Assembly (NCBI GenBank): GCA_947446625.1
Contig: CANFIE010000001.1
Span: 1 to 38,670 of the forward strand
DNA length: 38,670 bases
Source: Acetobacteraceae bacterium
Lineage (GTDB): Bacteria; Pseudomonadota; Alphaproteobacteria; Acetobacterales; Acetobacteraceae
Direction of reading: 5' to 3'
Shown: piece after piece, positions 25,200-34,056 of the stretch
Layout: each line of letters starts with the position of its first letter
How positions within the stretch are numbered: position 1 is the stretch's first letter
Translations under genes and position numbers: made by a program
Notes under the pieces: generated by a model
Database searches by the model: none
What the model was told of the DNA's origin: nothing
What the model saw: only the letters and a program-made list of their open reading frames with translations

Positions 25200-26515
25200 T
25201 GGAAGCGGTGAACCTCTCCCCCCGGGAAATCGTCTCGGAGCTGGACCGCTACATCGTCGGGCAGAACGACGCCAAGCGCGCCGTGGCCATTGCCCTGCGC
25301 AACCGCTGGCGCCGGCAGCAACTGCCCGAAGGCATCCGCGAGGAAGTTGTCCCCAAGAACATCCTGATGATCGGCCCGACCGGCTGCGGCAAGACCGAGA
25401 TCGCCCGCCGCCTGGCCCGGCTGGCCCAGGCGCCCTTCCTGAAGGTGGAGGCAACCAAGTTCACCGAGGTTGGCTATGTCGGCCGCGACGTGGAAAGCAT
25501 CATCCGCGACCTGGTTGAGGTCAGCATCACCCAGCTGCGCGAAGCCGCCCGCAAGGGGGTACAAGCCCGCGCCGAGCTGGCCGCCGAGGAACGCCTGCTG
25601 ACCGCCCTGGTGGGCGAGGGCGCCAGCGGCGAGACCCGCATGAAATTCCGCAAGATGCTGCGCGAGGGCCAGTTGGAGGCCCGCGACGTGGAGGTTCAGG
25701 TGGCCGACACCAGCGGCGGCATGCCGATTGGCATGATGGACCTGCCCGGCCAGCCGCCGCAGATGCAGAACATGCAGGAGATGTTCGCCAAAATGTTCGG
25801 CGGCCGCAGCAAAGCCCGCAAGATGAGCGTGGCTGAAGCGCGCCTCGCCCTGACCAAGGAAGAAGCCGACAAGCTTCTGGACGCCGAGGCGCTGACCCGC
25901 GAGGCGGTGCTGAATGCCGAGAACAATGGCATCGTCTTCCTCGACGAGATCGACAAGATTGCCCGCAGCAGCGACGCCGGCGTGCGCGGCGGCGACGTAA
26001 GCCGCGAGGGCGTGCAGCGCGACCTGCTGCCGCTGATCGAGGGCACCACCGTCACCACCAAGCATGGCCCGGTGAAGACCGACCATATCCTGTTCATCGC
26101 CTCGGGCGCCTTCCACCTCTCCAAGCCCAGCGACCTTTTGCCGGAATTGCAGGGCCGCCTGCCCATCCGCGTCGAACTCAACGCCCTGACCCGCGACGAT
26201 TTCCGCCGCATCCTCACCGAGCCGGAACACAGCCTGGTGCAGCAATACGTCGCGCTGCTGGGCACCGAGGGCGTGACGCTCGACATCACTACCGACGCGG
26301 TGGACGCCATTGCCGAGTTGGCCGCCGATATCAACGCCCGGGTGGAAAACATCGGCGCCCGGCGCCTGGCCACGGTGCTGGAGAGGCTGCTGGAGGAAAT
26401 CTCCTTCAGCGCCAGCGACAAATCCGGCGAAAGCATCCGGGTGGATGCCGGCACGGTGCGCGACAAGGTGGCGCCACTGGCCGCCAGCACGGATCTCAGC
26501 CGGTACATCCTGTGA
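25199..26515 (+). CDS. hslU: ATP-dependent protease ATPase subunit HslU
   Basis: The ATG overlaps the hslV TGA (TGATG). [34 protein letters not shown], Walker [29 protein letters not shown]. Confidence 0.95.
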   Translation: MEAVNLSPREIVSELDRYIVGQNDAKRAVAIALRNRWRRQQLPEGIREEVVPKNILMIGPTGCGKTEIARRLARLAQAPFLKVEATKFTEVGYVGRDVESIIRDLVEVSITQLREAARKGVQARAELAAEERLLTALVGEGASGETRMKFRKMLREGQLEARDVEVQVADTSGGMPIGMMDLPGQPPQMQNMQEMFAKMFGGRSKARKMSVAEARLALTKEEADKLLDAEALTREAVLNAENNGIVFLDEIDKIARSSDAGVRGGDVSREGVQRDLLPLIEGTTVTTKHGPVKTDHILFIASGAFHLSKPSDLLPELQGRLPIRVELNALTRDDFRRILTEPEHSLVQQYVALLGTEGVTLDITTDAVDAIAELAADINARVENIGARRLATVLERLLEEISFSASDKSGESIRVDAGTVRDKVAPLAASTDLSRYIL

Positions 26516-27270
26516 GCCTGACCGTCGCCAGCCTGCCGGAGGAAGCCCTGGCCGAGCTGCGGGCGGCGGCGGCAGTGCTGGACCATCCCTCGCTGGCGGT
26601 GCGGCTGGCCGGCATGGTCGGGCAGTCGGTGGAGGCGCTGAAACGGCAGCTGCCGGGCATGATGCAGCGCGGGCTGGACAAGGCGGTGCGCCGGGCGCTG
26701 GAAGCGGCCATGCAGGCGGCGCTGAAAAGCGAGCCGGTGCGCGAGCAAAGCTGGCTGCATCGCGGCATGATCGCGGCCTCCGGCATGGCGGGCGGCGCCT
26801 TTGGCCTGCCCGGCACGCTGGTGGAACTGCCCATTTCCACCACGCTGCTGCTGCGGCAAATCGCCGGCATCGCCGCCGAGGCGGGCGAGGATCTCAGCCA
26901 GCTTTCCACCCAAGCCGAGTTGCTGAAGGTGTTCGCCCTGGGCGGCGACGCCCCGGCGGATGACGAGGCCGAGGCCGGCTATTTCGCCGTGCGGCTGGCC
27001 CTGGCGGAAACCCTGAAGGGCGCCGTGGGCAAGAACCTCATCGGCTTCCTGCCGGGCTTCCTGGGCGCGGTGGCGGCGCGGTTTGGCGCGCCAGTGGCGC
27101 TGAAGCTTTCCGCCCAGGCGGTGCCGCTGGTGGGCGCAGCGGCCGGGGCTGCGGTGAACCTGGCCTTCCTGGAGCATTTCCGCGCCGTGGGCCGGGCGCA
27201 TTTCACCGTGCGCCGGCTGGAACGCCGCTACGGCGCCGCACTGGTGCGGGCGGCCTGGCCAAATCGATAA
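26512..27270 (+). CDS. EcsC family protein
   Basis: 252 aa. The GTG start overlaps the hslU TGA (GTGA). [64 protein letters not shown] and [12 protein letters not shown] match my recollection of Pfam EcsC. Confidence 0.7.
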   Translation: MSLTVASLPEEALAELRAAAAVLDHPSLAVRLAGMVGQSVEALKRQLPGMMQRGLDKAVRRALEAAMQAALKSEPVREQSWLHRGMIAASGMAGGAFGLPGTLVELPISTTLLLRQIAGIAAEAGEDLSQLSTQAELLKVFALGGDAPADDEAEAGYFAVRLALAETLKGAVGKNLIGFLPGFLGAVAARFGAPVALKLSAQAVPLVGAAAGAAVNLAFLEHFRAVGRAHFTVRRLERRYGAALVRAAWPNR

Positions 27271-27287
27271 GACTAGGACGGTAGGGC

Positions 27288-29174
27288 TCAGCCCAAGCCA
27301 AAGGCCCGGGCGAGTTGGAAGGTGACCAGCGCCGCCGTATAGGCCAGGGCGAGCATGTAGCCGAACAGAAACCACATCCAACGCCAACTGCCGGTCTCGC
27401 GCTTCACCACGCTCAGCGTGGCGGCGCATTGCGGGGCAAACACGTACCAGGCCAGCAGTGCCAGCGCGGTGGCAATTGACCATTTGCCTGCCAACAGGCT
27501 GCCCAATTGCTCGGGCGCTTCCTCGGCATTCTCAATGGCGTACACCGTGCCCAGCGCCGCCACGGCAACCTCGCGCGCCGCCATGCCGGGTATCAGCGCC
27601 ACGCCGATCTGCCAGTTGAAGCCAATCGGCGCCAATACCGGCTCCATGGCGTGGCCAATCTGCGCCGCCAGGCTGTACTCAATGGCCGGCTGGGTGGCGC
27701 CTTCCGGCGGGCGCGGCACGGTAGCCAGCACCCATATCACGCACATCATGGCCAGAATGGTGGTGCCGGCCCGGGTCACGAAGATCAGCCCGCGCTGATA
27801 CAGCCCCTGCAGCACGTTGCGTGCATCGGGCCGCTTGTAGTCCGGCAACTCCAGCATGAAGGGCTCGGGCGCCGCGCCCTGGAACACCAGGCGCTTGAGC
27901 AGGAAGGATACCGCCAGGGCCGAGCCGATGCCGGCGCCATACAGGCCAAACATCACCAACCCCTGCAGGCTCAGCACCCCAGCCACGGTACGGTCCGGGA
28001 TAAAGGCGCCGATGATGAGGGTATAGACCGGAATGCGGGCTGAGCAGGTCATCAGCGGCGCCACCAGAATCGTCGCCAACCGGTCGCGCCGGCTGTCGAT
28101 GACACGGGTGCTCATGATGCCGGGCACAGCGCAGGCGAAGGAGGAGAGCAGCGGGATGAAGGCGCGGCCATGCAGCCCGGCGCCACCCATGATCTTATCC
28201 ATCAGGAAGGCGGCCCGGCTCATGTAGCCGAAATCCTCCAGCAGCAGGATGAACAGAAACAGCACCAATATCTGCGGCAGGAAGACCAGCACGCTGCCCA
28301 CGCCGCCAATCAAACCCTCATGCACAAAGCTTTTCAGCAAGCCGTCGGGCAGCAGCGTATCGGTGTATCCACCCAGCGCATCAAAGCCGGCCTTGATGAG
28401 TTCCATCACCGGCGCCGCCCAGGTGAACACCGCCTGGAACATCAGGAACAGCACGGCCAGCAGAATGGCCAGCCCTGCCACCGGATGCAGCAGCACGCGG
28501 TCCAGCCGGGCGGTGGTGGTATTGGGCTCGGCCGGCAGGCGCACGGCGGCGCGTAGAATGCGGTCGGCCTCCTTCTGCAAGGCGCGCACCCCGGCGGCAT
28601 CAGGCTCGCTCCAGCCGGCGGCGATGTTGGGCTGATGCGGCAGCGCCAGGGCCTGGTCGATCTTCTCCAGCAGCGCCTGGGTGCCACCACGGCGCACCGC
28701 CACCGAGGTTACCACCGGCAACCCCAACTCGGCTTCCAGCCGGGGCAGGTCGATCTCAATGCCCCGGTGCCGGGCGATATCGGCCATGTTCAGCGTCAGC
28801 AGCATGGGCTGGCCAGTGCGCTTTATCTCCAGCACCAGCCGCAGGCATAGCCGCAGGTTGCTGGCATCGCCCACGCACACAAACAGGTCTGGCGGCGCCT
28901 CGCCGGCCAGCCGGCCCAGCACGGCGTCGCGCGTCACCACCTCGTCGGGGCTGCGGGCGCGCAGCGAATAGGTGCCGGGCAGGTCCAGCAGCATCACCTG
29001 CTGCCCGGCCGGGGTTTCCAGCGCGCCTTCCTTGCGTTCCACGGTCACGCCCGGGTAGTTCGCCACCTTCTGGCGGCTGCCGGTCAGCGCGTTGAACAGC
29101 GCGGTCTTGCCGCAATTCGGCCGGCCCACCAGGGCCACGCGCAGGCCCCTGGCGGCCGGGGTCAGGTCGGTCAT
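27288..29174 (-). CDS. feoB: Ferrous iron transporter FeoB
   Basis: ORF 27288..29420; ATG at 29174. LRVALVGRPNCGKTALFNALTG (G1), ANYPGVTVERKEG, DLPGTYSL. Long polytopic C-terminal domain. 628 aa. Confidence 0.92.
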   Translation of the reverse strand: MTDLTPAARGLRVALVGRPNCGKTALFNALTGSRQKVANYPGVTVERKEGALETPAGQQVMLLDLPGTYSLRARSPDEVVTRDAVLGRLAGEAPPDLFVCVGDASNLRLCLRLVLEIKRTGQPMLLTLNMADIARHRGIEIDLPRLEAELGLPVVTSVAVRRGGTQALLEKIDQALALPHQPNIAAGWSEPDAAGVRALQKEADRILRAAVRLPAEPNTTTARLDRVLLHPVAGLAILLAVLFLMFQAVFTWAAPVMELIKAGFDALGGYTDTLLPDGLLKSFVHEGLIGGVGSVLVFLPQILVLFLFILLLEDFGYMSRAAFLMDKIMGGAGLHGRAFIPLLSSFACAVPGIMSTRVIDSRRDRLATILVAPLMTCSARIPVYTLIIGAFIPDRTVAGVLSLQGLVMFGLYGAGIGSALAVSFLLKRLVFQGAAPEPFMLELPDYKRPDARNVLQGLYQRGLIFVTRAGTTILAMMCVIWVLATVPRPPEGATQPAIEYSLAAQIGHAMEPVLAPIGFNWQIGVALIPGMAAREVAVAALGTVYAIENAEEAPEQLGSLLAGKWSIATALALLAWYVFAPQCAATLSVVKRETGSWRWMWFLFGYMLALAYTAALVTFQLARAFGLG

Positions 29175-29178
29175 TGGT

Positions 29179-29487
29179 TCAGTCCAGGGCTTCCAGCAGC
29201 ACCGCCGCGGCCTCGCGCCGGCGCAGCGCAATGGTAACGCCGTCCACCCGCACCGCGATGGGGTCGGCGCCGAACAGGCCCTGGTGCAGCAACTCCACCG
29301 TGGCGCCTTCCACGAATCCCAGTTCCAGCAGGCGGCGCTCCATTTCCTCGGCCGGCAGGCTGCCGGCCAGCGGCTGCACTGCACGAATACGACCCCGGAA
29401 ACCAAGCGGCGCGGCGCCAAGATGCGCGGGCAACTGGTTCATCGGCCGGCTTGGCAGCGGATACGACAAGGCATGGGTAGCGGACAT
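29179..29487 (-). CDS. feoA: Ferrous iron transport protein FeoA
   Basis: 102-aa ORF (alternative ATG at 29442). RGRIRAV...EMERRLLELGFVEGATVELLHQGLFGADPIAVRVDGVTIALRRREA. Its stop is 4 nt before the feoB start. Confidence 0.85.
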   Translation of the reverse strand: MSATHALSYPLPSRPMNQLPAHLGAAPLGFRGRIRAVQPLAGSLPAEEMERRLLELGFVEGATVELLHQGLFGADPIAVRVDGVTIALRRREAAAVLLEALD

Positions 29488-29529
29488 GCGGCCCCTCCGG
29501 GGCGTTGGTCCCGGCAGTTAATGCGAATG

Positions 29530-29545
29530 GCTTGCAATTGCAAGC
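29530..29545. promoter_or_regulatory. Perfect 16-bp palindrome GCTTGCAATTGCAAGC upstream of feoAB (candidate Fur-family/metalloregulator operator)
   Basis: Self-complementary over all 16 nt. Lies 43 nt upstream of the 29487 start of feoA in an AT-enriched patch (GTTAATGCGAATGGCTTGCAATTGCAAGC). It is 71 nt downstream of the RND gene stop. Confidence 0.45.
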
Positions 29546-29615
29546 ACCCCTCAAAGACGTGGGCCAGACTGGCCGCTTGGCGCCGCCACGGCAAGGGCGG
29601 CGCCAAGGGATTTGA

Positions 29616-32600
29616 TCAGCCCTGCCTTGCGCCCCGGGCGCTGGCAGGCCGGCCGAACAGGTCGATCATGGCCGGGAACACTACCAGGATGAAGAGCGGC
29701 AGCACCGTGGTACCGCCCACCACCACCACCGCCAGTGGCTTTTGCAGGTCGCTGCCTATGCCGGTAGCAATCGCTGCCGGCAGCAGCCCCACCATGGCGG
29801 CCAGGCAGGTCATCATAACCGGGCGCATTCGGTCCACCCCGGCCTGGTCCAGCGCGGCGCGCCAGGGCATGCCCTCGGCGCGCAGGTGGTTGAAATGCGA
29901 CAGCAGGATGATGCCCTCCATGACCGTGATGCCGAACAGCGCCAGGAAGCCAATGGCCGCTGGCACCGAAAAGTGCAGGTCCATCAAATCCAGCGCCGTG
30001 ACCCCGCCGATGCAGGACAGCGGCAGCAGGCCGAAGATCAACAGCGTGTCGCGCAGGCTGGAGAATTGCACGTAGAGCAGCACCCCGATGAGCGCGAGCG
30101 CCACCGGCACCACCACCTTCAGCCGCTCGATCGCGTCCTTCAGGTTGCGGAACTCACCCACCCATTCCAGCCGGTAGCCGGGCGGCAGCGGCACATTGGC
30201 CACCACGCGGTTCTCGGCTTCCTGCACCGCGCTTTGCTGGTCGCGCCCACGCACCGAGAATTTCACCGGCACGTAGCGGCTGGAATCCTCGCGGTAGATG
30301 TAGCTGGCACCGGTGACGAGGGTGATATCCGCCACATCCCCCAGCGTCGCGCCCGAGGTGGCGTTGACCGGAATGCGGGCAATGGCGTCGCGCCCCTGCC
30401 GATACGGCGCGGCCGGCCGGACCGAGATGGCGAAGTTGCGGTCGCCCCCCGGCTCATACAGGCGCGAGGCTTCCTGCCCGCCAATGGCGGTTTGGATGAC
30501 GCTGTTGATATCCGCCACCGCCAGGCCGTAACGGGCGGCGCGGGCACGGTCGATACGGATGGACAAGGTGGGTTGGCCCAGGGTGCGGAAGGCGGCCAGG
30601 TCGGTAATGCCCTGCACCTGCTCCATTTCGTGCCGCACCTGCTCGGCCAGCCGGGTCAGCACATCCAGCTCGGGGCCAATCACCTTCAGCGCATTGGCGC
30701 CCTTCACGCCCGAGGCAGCCTCCTGCACGTTGTCCGAGATGTACTGGCTGAAGTTGAAGTCCACGCCCAGGAACTCACGCTGCAACCGGGCCTGGATCAG
30801 GCTCACCAGCGCATCCTTGGTGGGGGCGGTGGTCCATTGGTCCTGTGGTTTCAGCGGCACGAAGAACTCGGCGTTGAAGAAGCCGGCGCTGTCGGTGCCA
30901 TCATCCGGCCGGCCCTGCTGGCTGGTGATGGTGATCACCTCGGGGAATTCCAACAGCGCAGCGCGCATGCGGTTGACGTAGTTGTTGCCTTCCTCCAGCG
31001 AAATGGTCGCCGGCATGGTGGCGCGCATCCAAATGCTGCCTTCCTCCAGCGTGGGCAGGAACTCACCGCCCAGCCGGCCGAATTGCAGCACCGCCACCAG
31101 CAGCAGCACGCCCGAGACACCAATGGTGCCAACCCGCCGCCGCATGGCCAGGCCGTACCAGCTTTGGTGCACCCGGCCCATCCAGCGGACGATGGGCATG
31201 ATCTTTTCCTGCGTTTCGTCCCGGAACAGCGCGCCGGCCAGGGCCGGGGCCACGGTGAAGGTGGCGAACAGCGCGCCGCCAATGGCGTAGGCATAGGTCT
31301 TGGCCATGGGGCCGAAGATGCGGCCCTCGATTCCGCCCATGGTGAACAGCGGGATGAAGGCGGCCACGATGATGAGCGCCGAGAAGAAGATGGCGGTGGA
31401 AACCTCTCCCGAAGCGCGCTGCACAATCAGCGGCACGCCCGAAAGGCCGCGGCTGGCGGTAGGCGGGCCGGCCACCCCGGAATGGCGCATGTGCAAATGC
31501 CGGTACACGTTTTCCACCATGATGACGGTGGCATCCACCAGCAGGCCGAAATCGAGGCTGCCCAGGCTCAGCAGGTTGGCGCTTTCACCGCGCAACAGCA
31601 TCACCACCACGGCGGTGAAGAAGGCGAAGGGAATGGTGGCGCCCACCACAATGGCGCCGCGCAAATCCCCCAGGAACAACCACTGGATGAAGACCACCAG
31701 GGCAATGCCCATGATGATGTTCTTCACCACATGGTGGGTGGTCACATCCACCAGTTCCTTGCGGTCGTAGATCGGCACAATCCGCACGCCGGGCGGCAGC
31801 ACGCCTCCGGCATTGATGGTCGCAACCTCATGCTGCACGGCGGTGATGGTGGGCAGGGTCTGCTCATTGCGGCGCATCAGCACCACGCCCATCACAATGT
31901 CGTCCTCGCGGTCCTGCCCGGCAATGCCAAGCCGAGGCAGGTTGCTCACCTCCACCGCCGCCACATCGGCCAGCAGCACGGGTACGTTGTTGCGCACGCC
32001 CAGCACCACGTTGCGGATATCATCCAGGCTGCGGATCAGGCCCACGCCCTGCACCACGGCCGATTGCGGCCCAATGCCCACCACGCCGGCACCCACCGTG
32101 GCGTTGCCATTGCTGATGGCCTGCACCACGTCGGGGATGGAAAAACCGAAGGCGATCAGCTTCGGCAGGTCCACCACGGCGTTGTAGGATTTGGTCGGCC
32201 CGCCATAGGCGGTTACGTCGATAACCCCCGGCACGCGCTTGAAGCGGCGTTGCAGCACCCAATCCTGCAGCACGCGCAAATCGGTCAACGCAAAGCCGGG
32301 CGGGCCCACAATGCGGTAGCGCAGAATCTCGCCAATCGGGCTCCAGGGGCTGATCTGCGGCTGCACCCCGGCGGGCAGGCTGCCCAATTGTCCCAGGCGG
32401 TTCAGCACCTGCTGCAAGGCCTGTTCATAGTTGAAGGCGTAGGTGAACTGCACCGAGACCACCGACAACCCGAACAACGAGGTGGAGCGCACCTTCGACA
32501 GATTGGGCATGCCCGCCAGCCCGACCTCGATCGGCACCGTGATGTAGCGCTCAATCTCCTCGGCGCTCTGCCCGGCATTCTGGGTGATCACCACCACGGT

Positions 32601-32732
32601 GGGCGGCACTGGGTCCGGATAGGCCTCGATGTTCAGTTGTTGGAAGCCGGCGAAGCCGATGCCCAAAAAGGCGATGAACAGCAGGATGACCAGCGCGCGC
32701 CGCTCCAACGCGAAGGTGACAAGTGCGTGCAT
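29616..32732 (-). CDS. CzcA/CusA-type heavy-metal-efflux RND permease (no adjacent MFP/OMF genes)
   Basis: ORF 29616..33332; ATG at 32732 gives 1038 aa. MHALVTFALERRALVILLFIAFLGIGFAGFQQLNIEAYPDPVPPTVVVITQ. TM4 motif LDFGLLVDATVIMVEN has D-x5-D-x6-E spacing like the CzcA proton relay. Confidence 0.85.
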   Translation of the reverse strand: MHALVTFALERRALVILLFIAFLGIGFAGFQQLNIEAYPDPVPPTVVVITQNAGQSAEEIERYITVPIEVGLAGMPNLSKVRSTSLFGLSVVSVQFTYAFNYEQALQQVLNRLGQLGSLPAGVQPQISPWSPIGEILRYRIVGPPGFALTDLRVLQDWVLQRRFKRVPGVIDVTAYGGPTKSYNAVVDLPKLIAFGFSIPDVVQAISNGNATVGAGVVGIGPQSAVVQGVGLIRSLDDIRNVVLGVRNNVPVLLADVAAVEVSNLPRLGIAGQDREDDIVMGVVLMRRNEQTLPTITAVQHEVATINAGGVLPPGVRIVPIYDRKELVDVTTHHVVKNIIMGIALVVFIQWLFLGDLRGAIVVGATIPFAFFTAVVVMLLRGESANLLSLGSLDFGLLVDATVIMVENVYRHLHMRHSGVAGPPTASRGLSGVPLIVQRASGEVSTAIFFSALIIVAAFIPLFTMGGIEGRIFGPMAKTYAYAIGGALFATFTVAPALAGALFRDETQEKIMPIVRWMGRVHQSWYGLAMRRRVGTIGVSGVLLLVAVLQFGRLGGEFLPTLEEGSIWMRATMPATISLEEGNNYVNRMRAALLEFPEVITITSQQGRPDDGTDSAGFFNAEFFVPLKPQDQWTTAPTKDALVSLIQARLQREFLGVDFNFSQYISDNVQEAASGVKGANALKVIGPELDVLTRLAEQVRHEMEQVQGITDLAAFRTLGQPTLSIRIDRARAARYGLAVADINSVIQTAIGGQEASRLYEPGGDRNFAISVRPAAPYRQGRDAIARIPVNATSGATLGDVADITLVTGASYIYREDSSRYVPVKFSVRGRDQQSAVQEAENRVVANVPLPPGYRLEWVGEFRNLKDAIERLKVVVPVALALIGVLLYVQFSSLRDTLLIFGLLPLSCIGGVTALDLMDLHFSVPAAIGFLALFGITVMEGIILLSHFNHLRAEGMPWRAALDQAGVDRMRPVMMTCLAAMVGLLPAAIATGIGSDLQKPLAVVVVGGTTVLPLFILVVFPAMIDLFGRPASARGARQG

Positions 32733-32858
32733 GATGAAAATGGTAACCCTTGCGGCTGGCGCGCAGCTGAGAGGGTTGTTGCTTAGGCCCGGCCTGCTTA
32801 CCGGCAGGCATCCGTGGCGCTTACGTCGCAGCCATTTTTGTCGCCTTACGCGCTTCCC

Positions 32859-33596
32859 ATGGCATGGCAGAATACGCCAATGCCTGGACGCGCTTTCCCC
32901 ACCGGCCTGAAGGAAGCCCTGGCCGCCCCGGCACTGGCCATGGCCGCCACCTTCCTGGCCTTCGGCGCCGCGGTGCGGGAAGCCGGGCTGGAGCTGGGCT
33001 GGACGCTGGGTGCCGCCTGGCTGGTCTACGGCATGCCCGGGCAGTTGGTGCTGCTGCAATTCGCCGCGCCCGGCGCGGTGGGCGGTGGGGTGCTGGCGGC
33101 GGTGGCGGCGGCCAGCGCGGCCAATGCCCGCTTCCTGCCCATGGCGGTGGCGCTTACCCCTTGGCTCGGCCAGCGGCGGCGCTGGTGGGCGCTGCCCTTC
33201 ATCGCCATCACCCCCTGGGCGGCTGCCATGCGGCGCCTGCCGGTACTGCCCAGCCCCCAGCGCCTGCCCTGGTTCCTGGGCTTTGGTCTGGCCAGTTGGC
33301 TGGTGGCCGGCGGCGCGGCGGCGCTGGGCCATAGCCTGGCGCCCTGGCTGGGCGGGCAGCTGCGGCTGGCGCTGTTGTTCACCAACCCGCTCTACTTCGC
33401 CCTGCTGATGACACTGGACCTCAGCCAGCCCTCACGCGGGCGCCTCGCCCGGCTGAGTGTGCTGGGCGGCGCGCTGGCAGCCCCGGTGGCGCTGTTGCTG
33501 CCGCCGGCCTGGGCGCTGCTGGGCGCCGGGCTGCTGGGCGGCAGCGCAGCCTTTGCGCTGGAAGCCTGGCTGAAGGCGCGCCATGGCCGAGGCTGA
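32859..33596 (+). CDS. azlC: AzlC family branched-chain amino acid exporter subunit
   Basis: ORF 32814..33596; ATG chosen at 32859. Hydrophobic. AFGAAVREAGLELGWTLGAAWLVYGMPGQLVLLQF. Overlaps the following azlD-like gene by 14 nt. Confidence 0.7.
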   Translation: MAWQNTPMPGRAFPTGLKEALAAPALAMAATFLAFGAAVREAGLELGWTLGAAWLVYGMPGQLVLLQFAAPGAVGGGVLAAVAAASAANARFLPMAVALTPWLGQRRRWWALPFIAITPWAAAMRRLPVLPSPQRLPWFLGFGLASWLVAGGAAALGHSLAPWLGGQLRLALLFTNPLYFALLMTLDLSQPSRGRLARLSVLGGALAAPVALLLPPAWALLGAGLLGGSAAFALEAWLKARHGRG

Positions 33597-33909
33597 CCTG
33601 GCCCTGCTGCTGGCCGCCGGGGTGATGCTGGCGCTGCGCGCCCTGGGCTTGGCCCTGGCCGGGGCGCTGGCACCGGACCATCCCTTCATCGCCTGGGCGG
33701 CGGCGGTTTCTCAGGCCACGCTGGCGGCCTTGGTTACCATGGCGTTGCTGGCGCCAGCCGGCGGGCTGGCCCAACTCGCCCTTGTCGCCCGGCTGGGTGG
33801 GCTGGCGGCCGGCGTGCTGGCCCTGCTGGCGCTGCGGGGCCGGTTATTGCCGGCCCTTGGGGTGGGGCTGGCCGCGCTGCTGGCGCTGCACGCGGCCCTT
33901 GGTGGTTAG
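33583..33909 (+). CDS. azlD: AzlD family small membrane protein
   Basis: 108 aa with about four hydrophobic helices. Overlaps the azlC-like gene, the usual AzlCD arrangement. The TAG stop lies inside repeat copy 4. Confidence 0.65.
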   Translation: MAEADLALLLAAGVMLALRALGLALAGALAPDHPFIAWAAAVSQATLAALVTMALLAPAGGLAQLALVARLGGLAAGVLALLALRGRLLPALGVGLAALLALHAALGG

Positions 33910-34009
33910 AGCAATATCCGTTCTGATGGAATCATCAGAACGGATTTCTTGCTCTAGTATCAAATAGTTATAGAGCACTATGCGCCCGTCAGGGCGCATA
34001 GTGCTCTAG
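33906..34009 (+). repeat. Double-hairpin low-GC intergenic element, copy 4 (orientation A, best preserved)
   Basis: TTAGAGCAATATCCGTTCTGATGGAATCATCAGAACGGATTTCTTGCTCTAG-TATCAAATAGTTA-TAGAGCACTATGCGCCCGTCAGGGCGCATAGTGCTCTAG. Hairpin A has a perfect 13-bp stem and hairpin B a perfect 16-bp stem. Confidence 0.92.
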
Positions 34010-34056
34010 TGAAACTGATTCACCGCTTCGGCGTTTCTGCCTGCGCGGATCAGGCT

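Noticed and set aside
29742-32786. 1014-aa ORF on the + strand
   Set aside because: It is antisense to the CzcA-type RND gene. It has a His/Gly/Arg/Gln-rich composition with no recognisable domain, and is a high-GC artefact.
3844-34009. CRISPR array formed by the four repeats
   Set aside because: The copies are 6-17 kb apart, about 105 bp long, in both orientations, and separated by ordinary genes. This is not a repeat-spacer array, and no cas genes are present.
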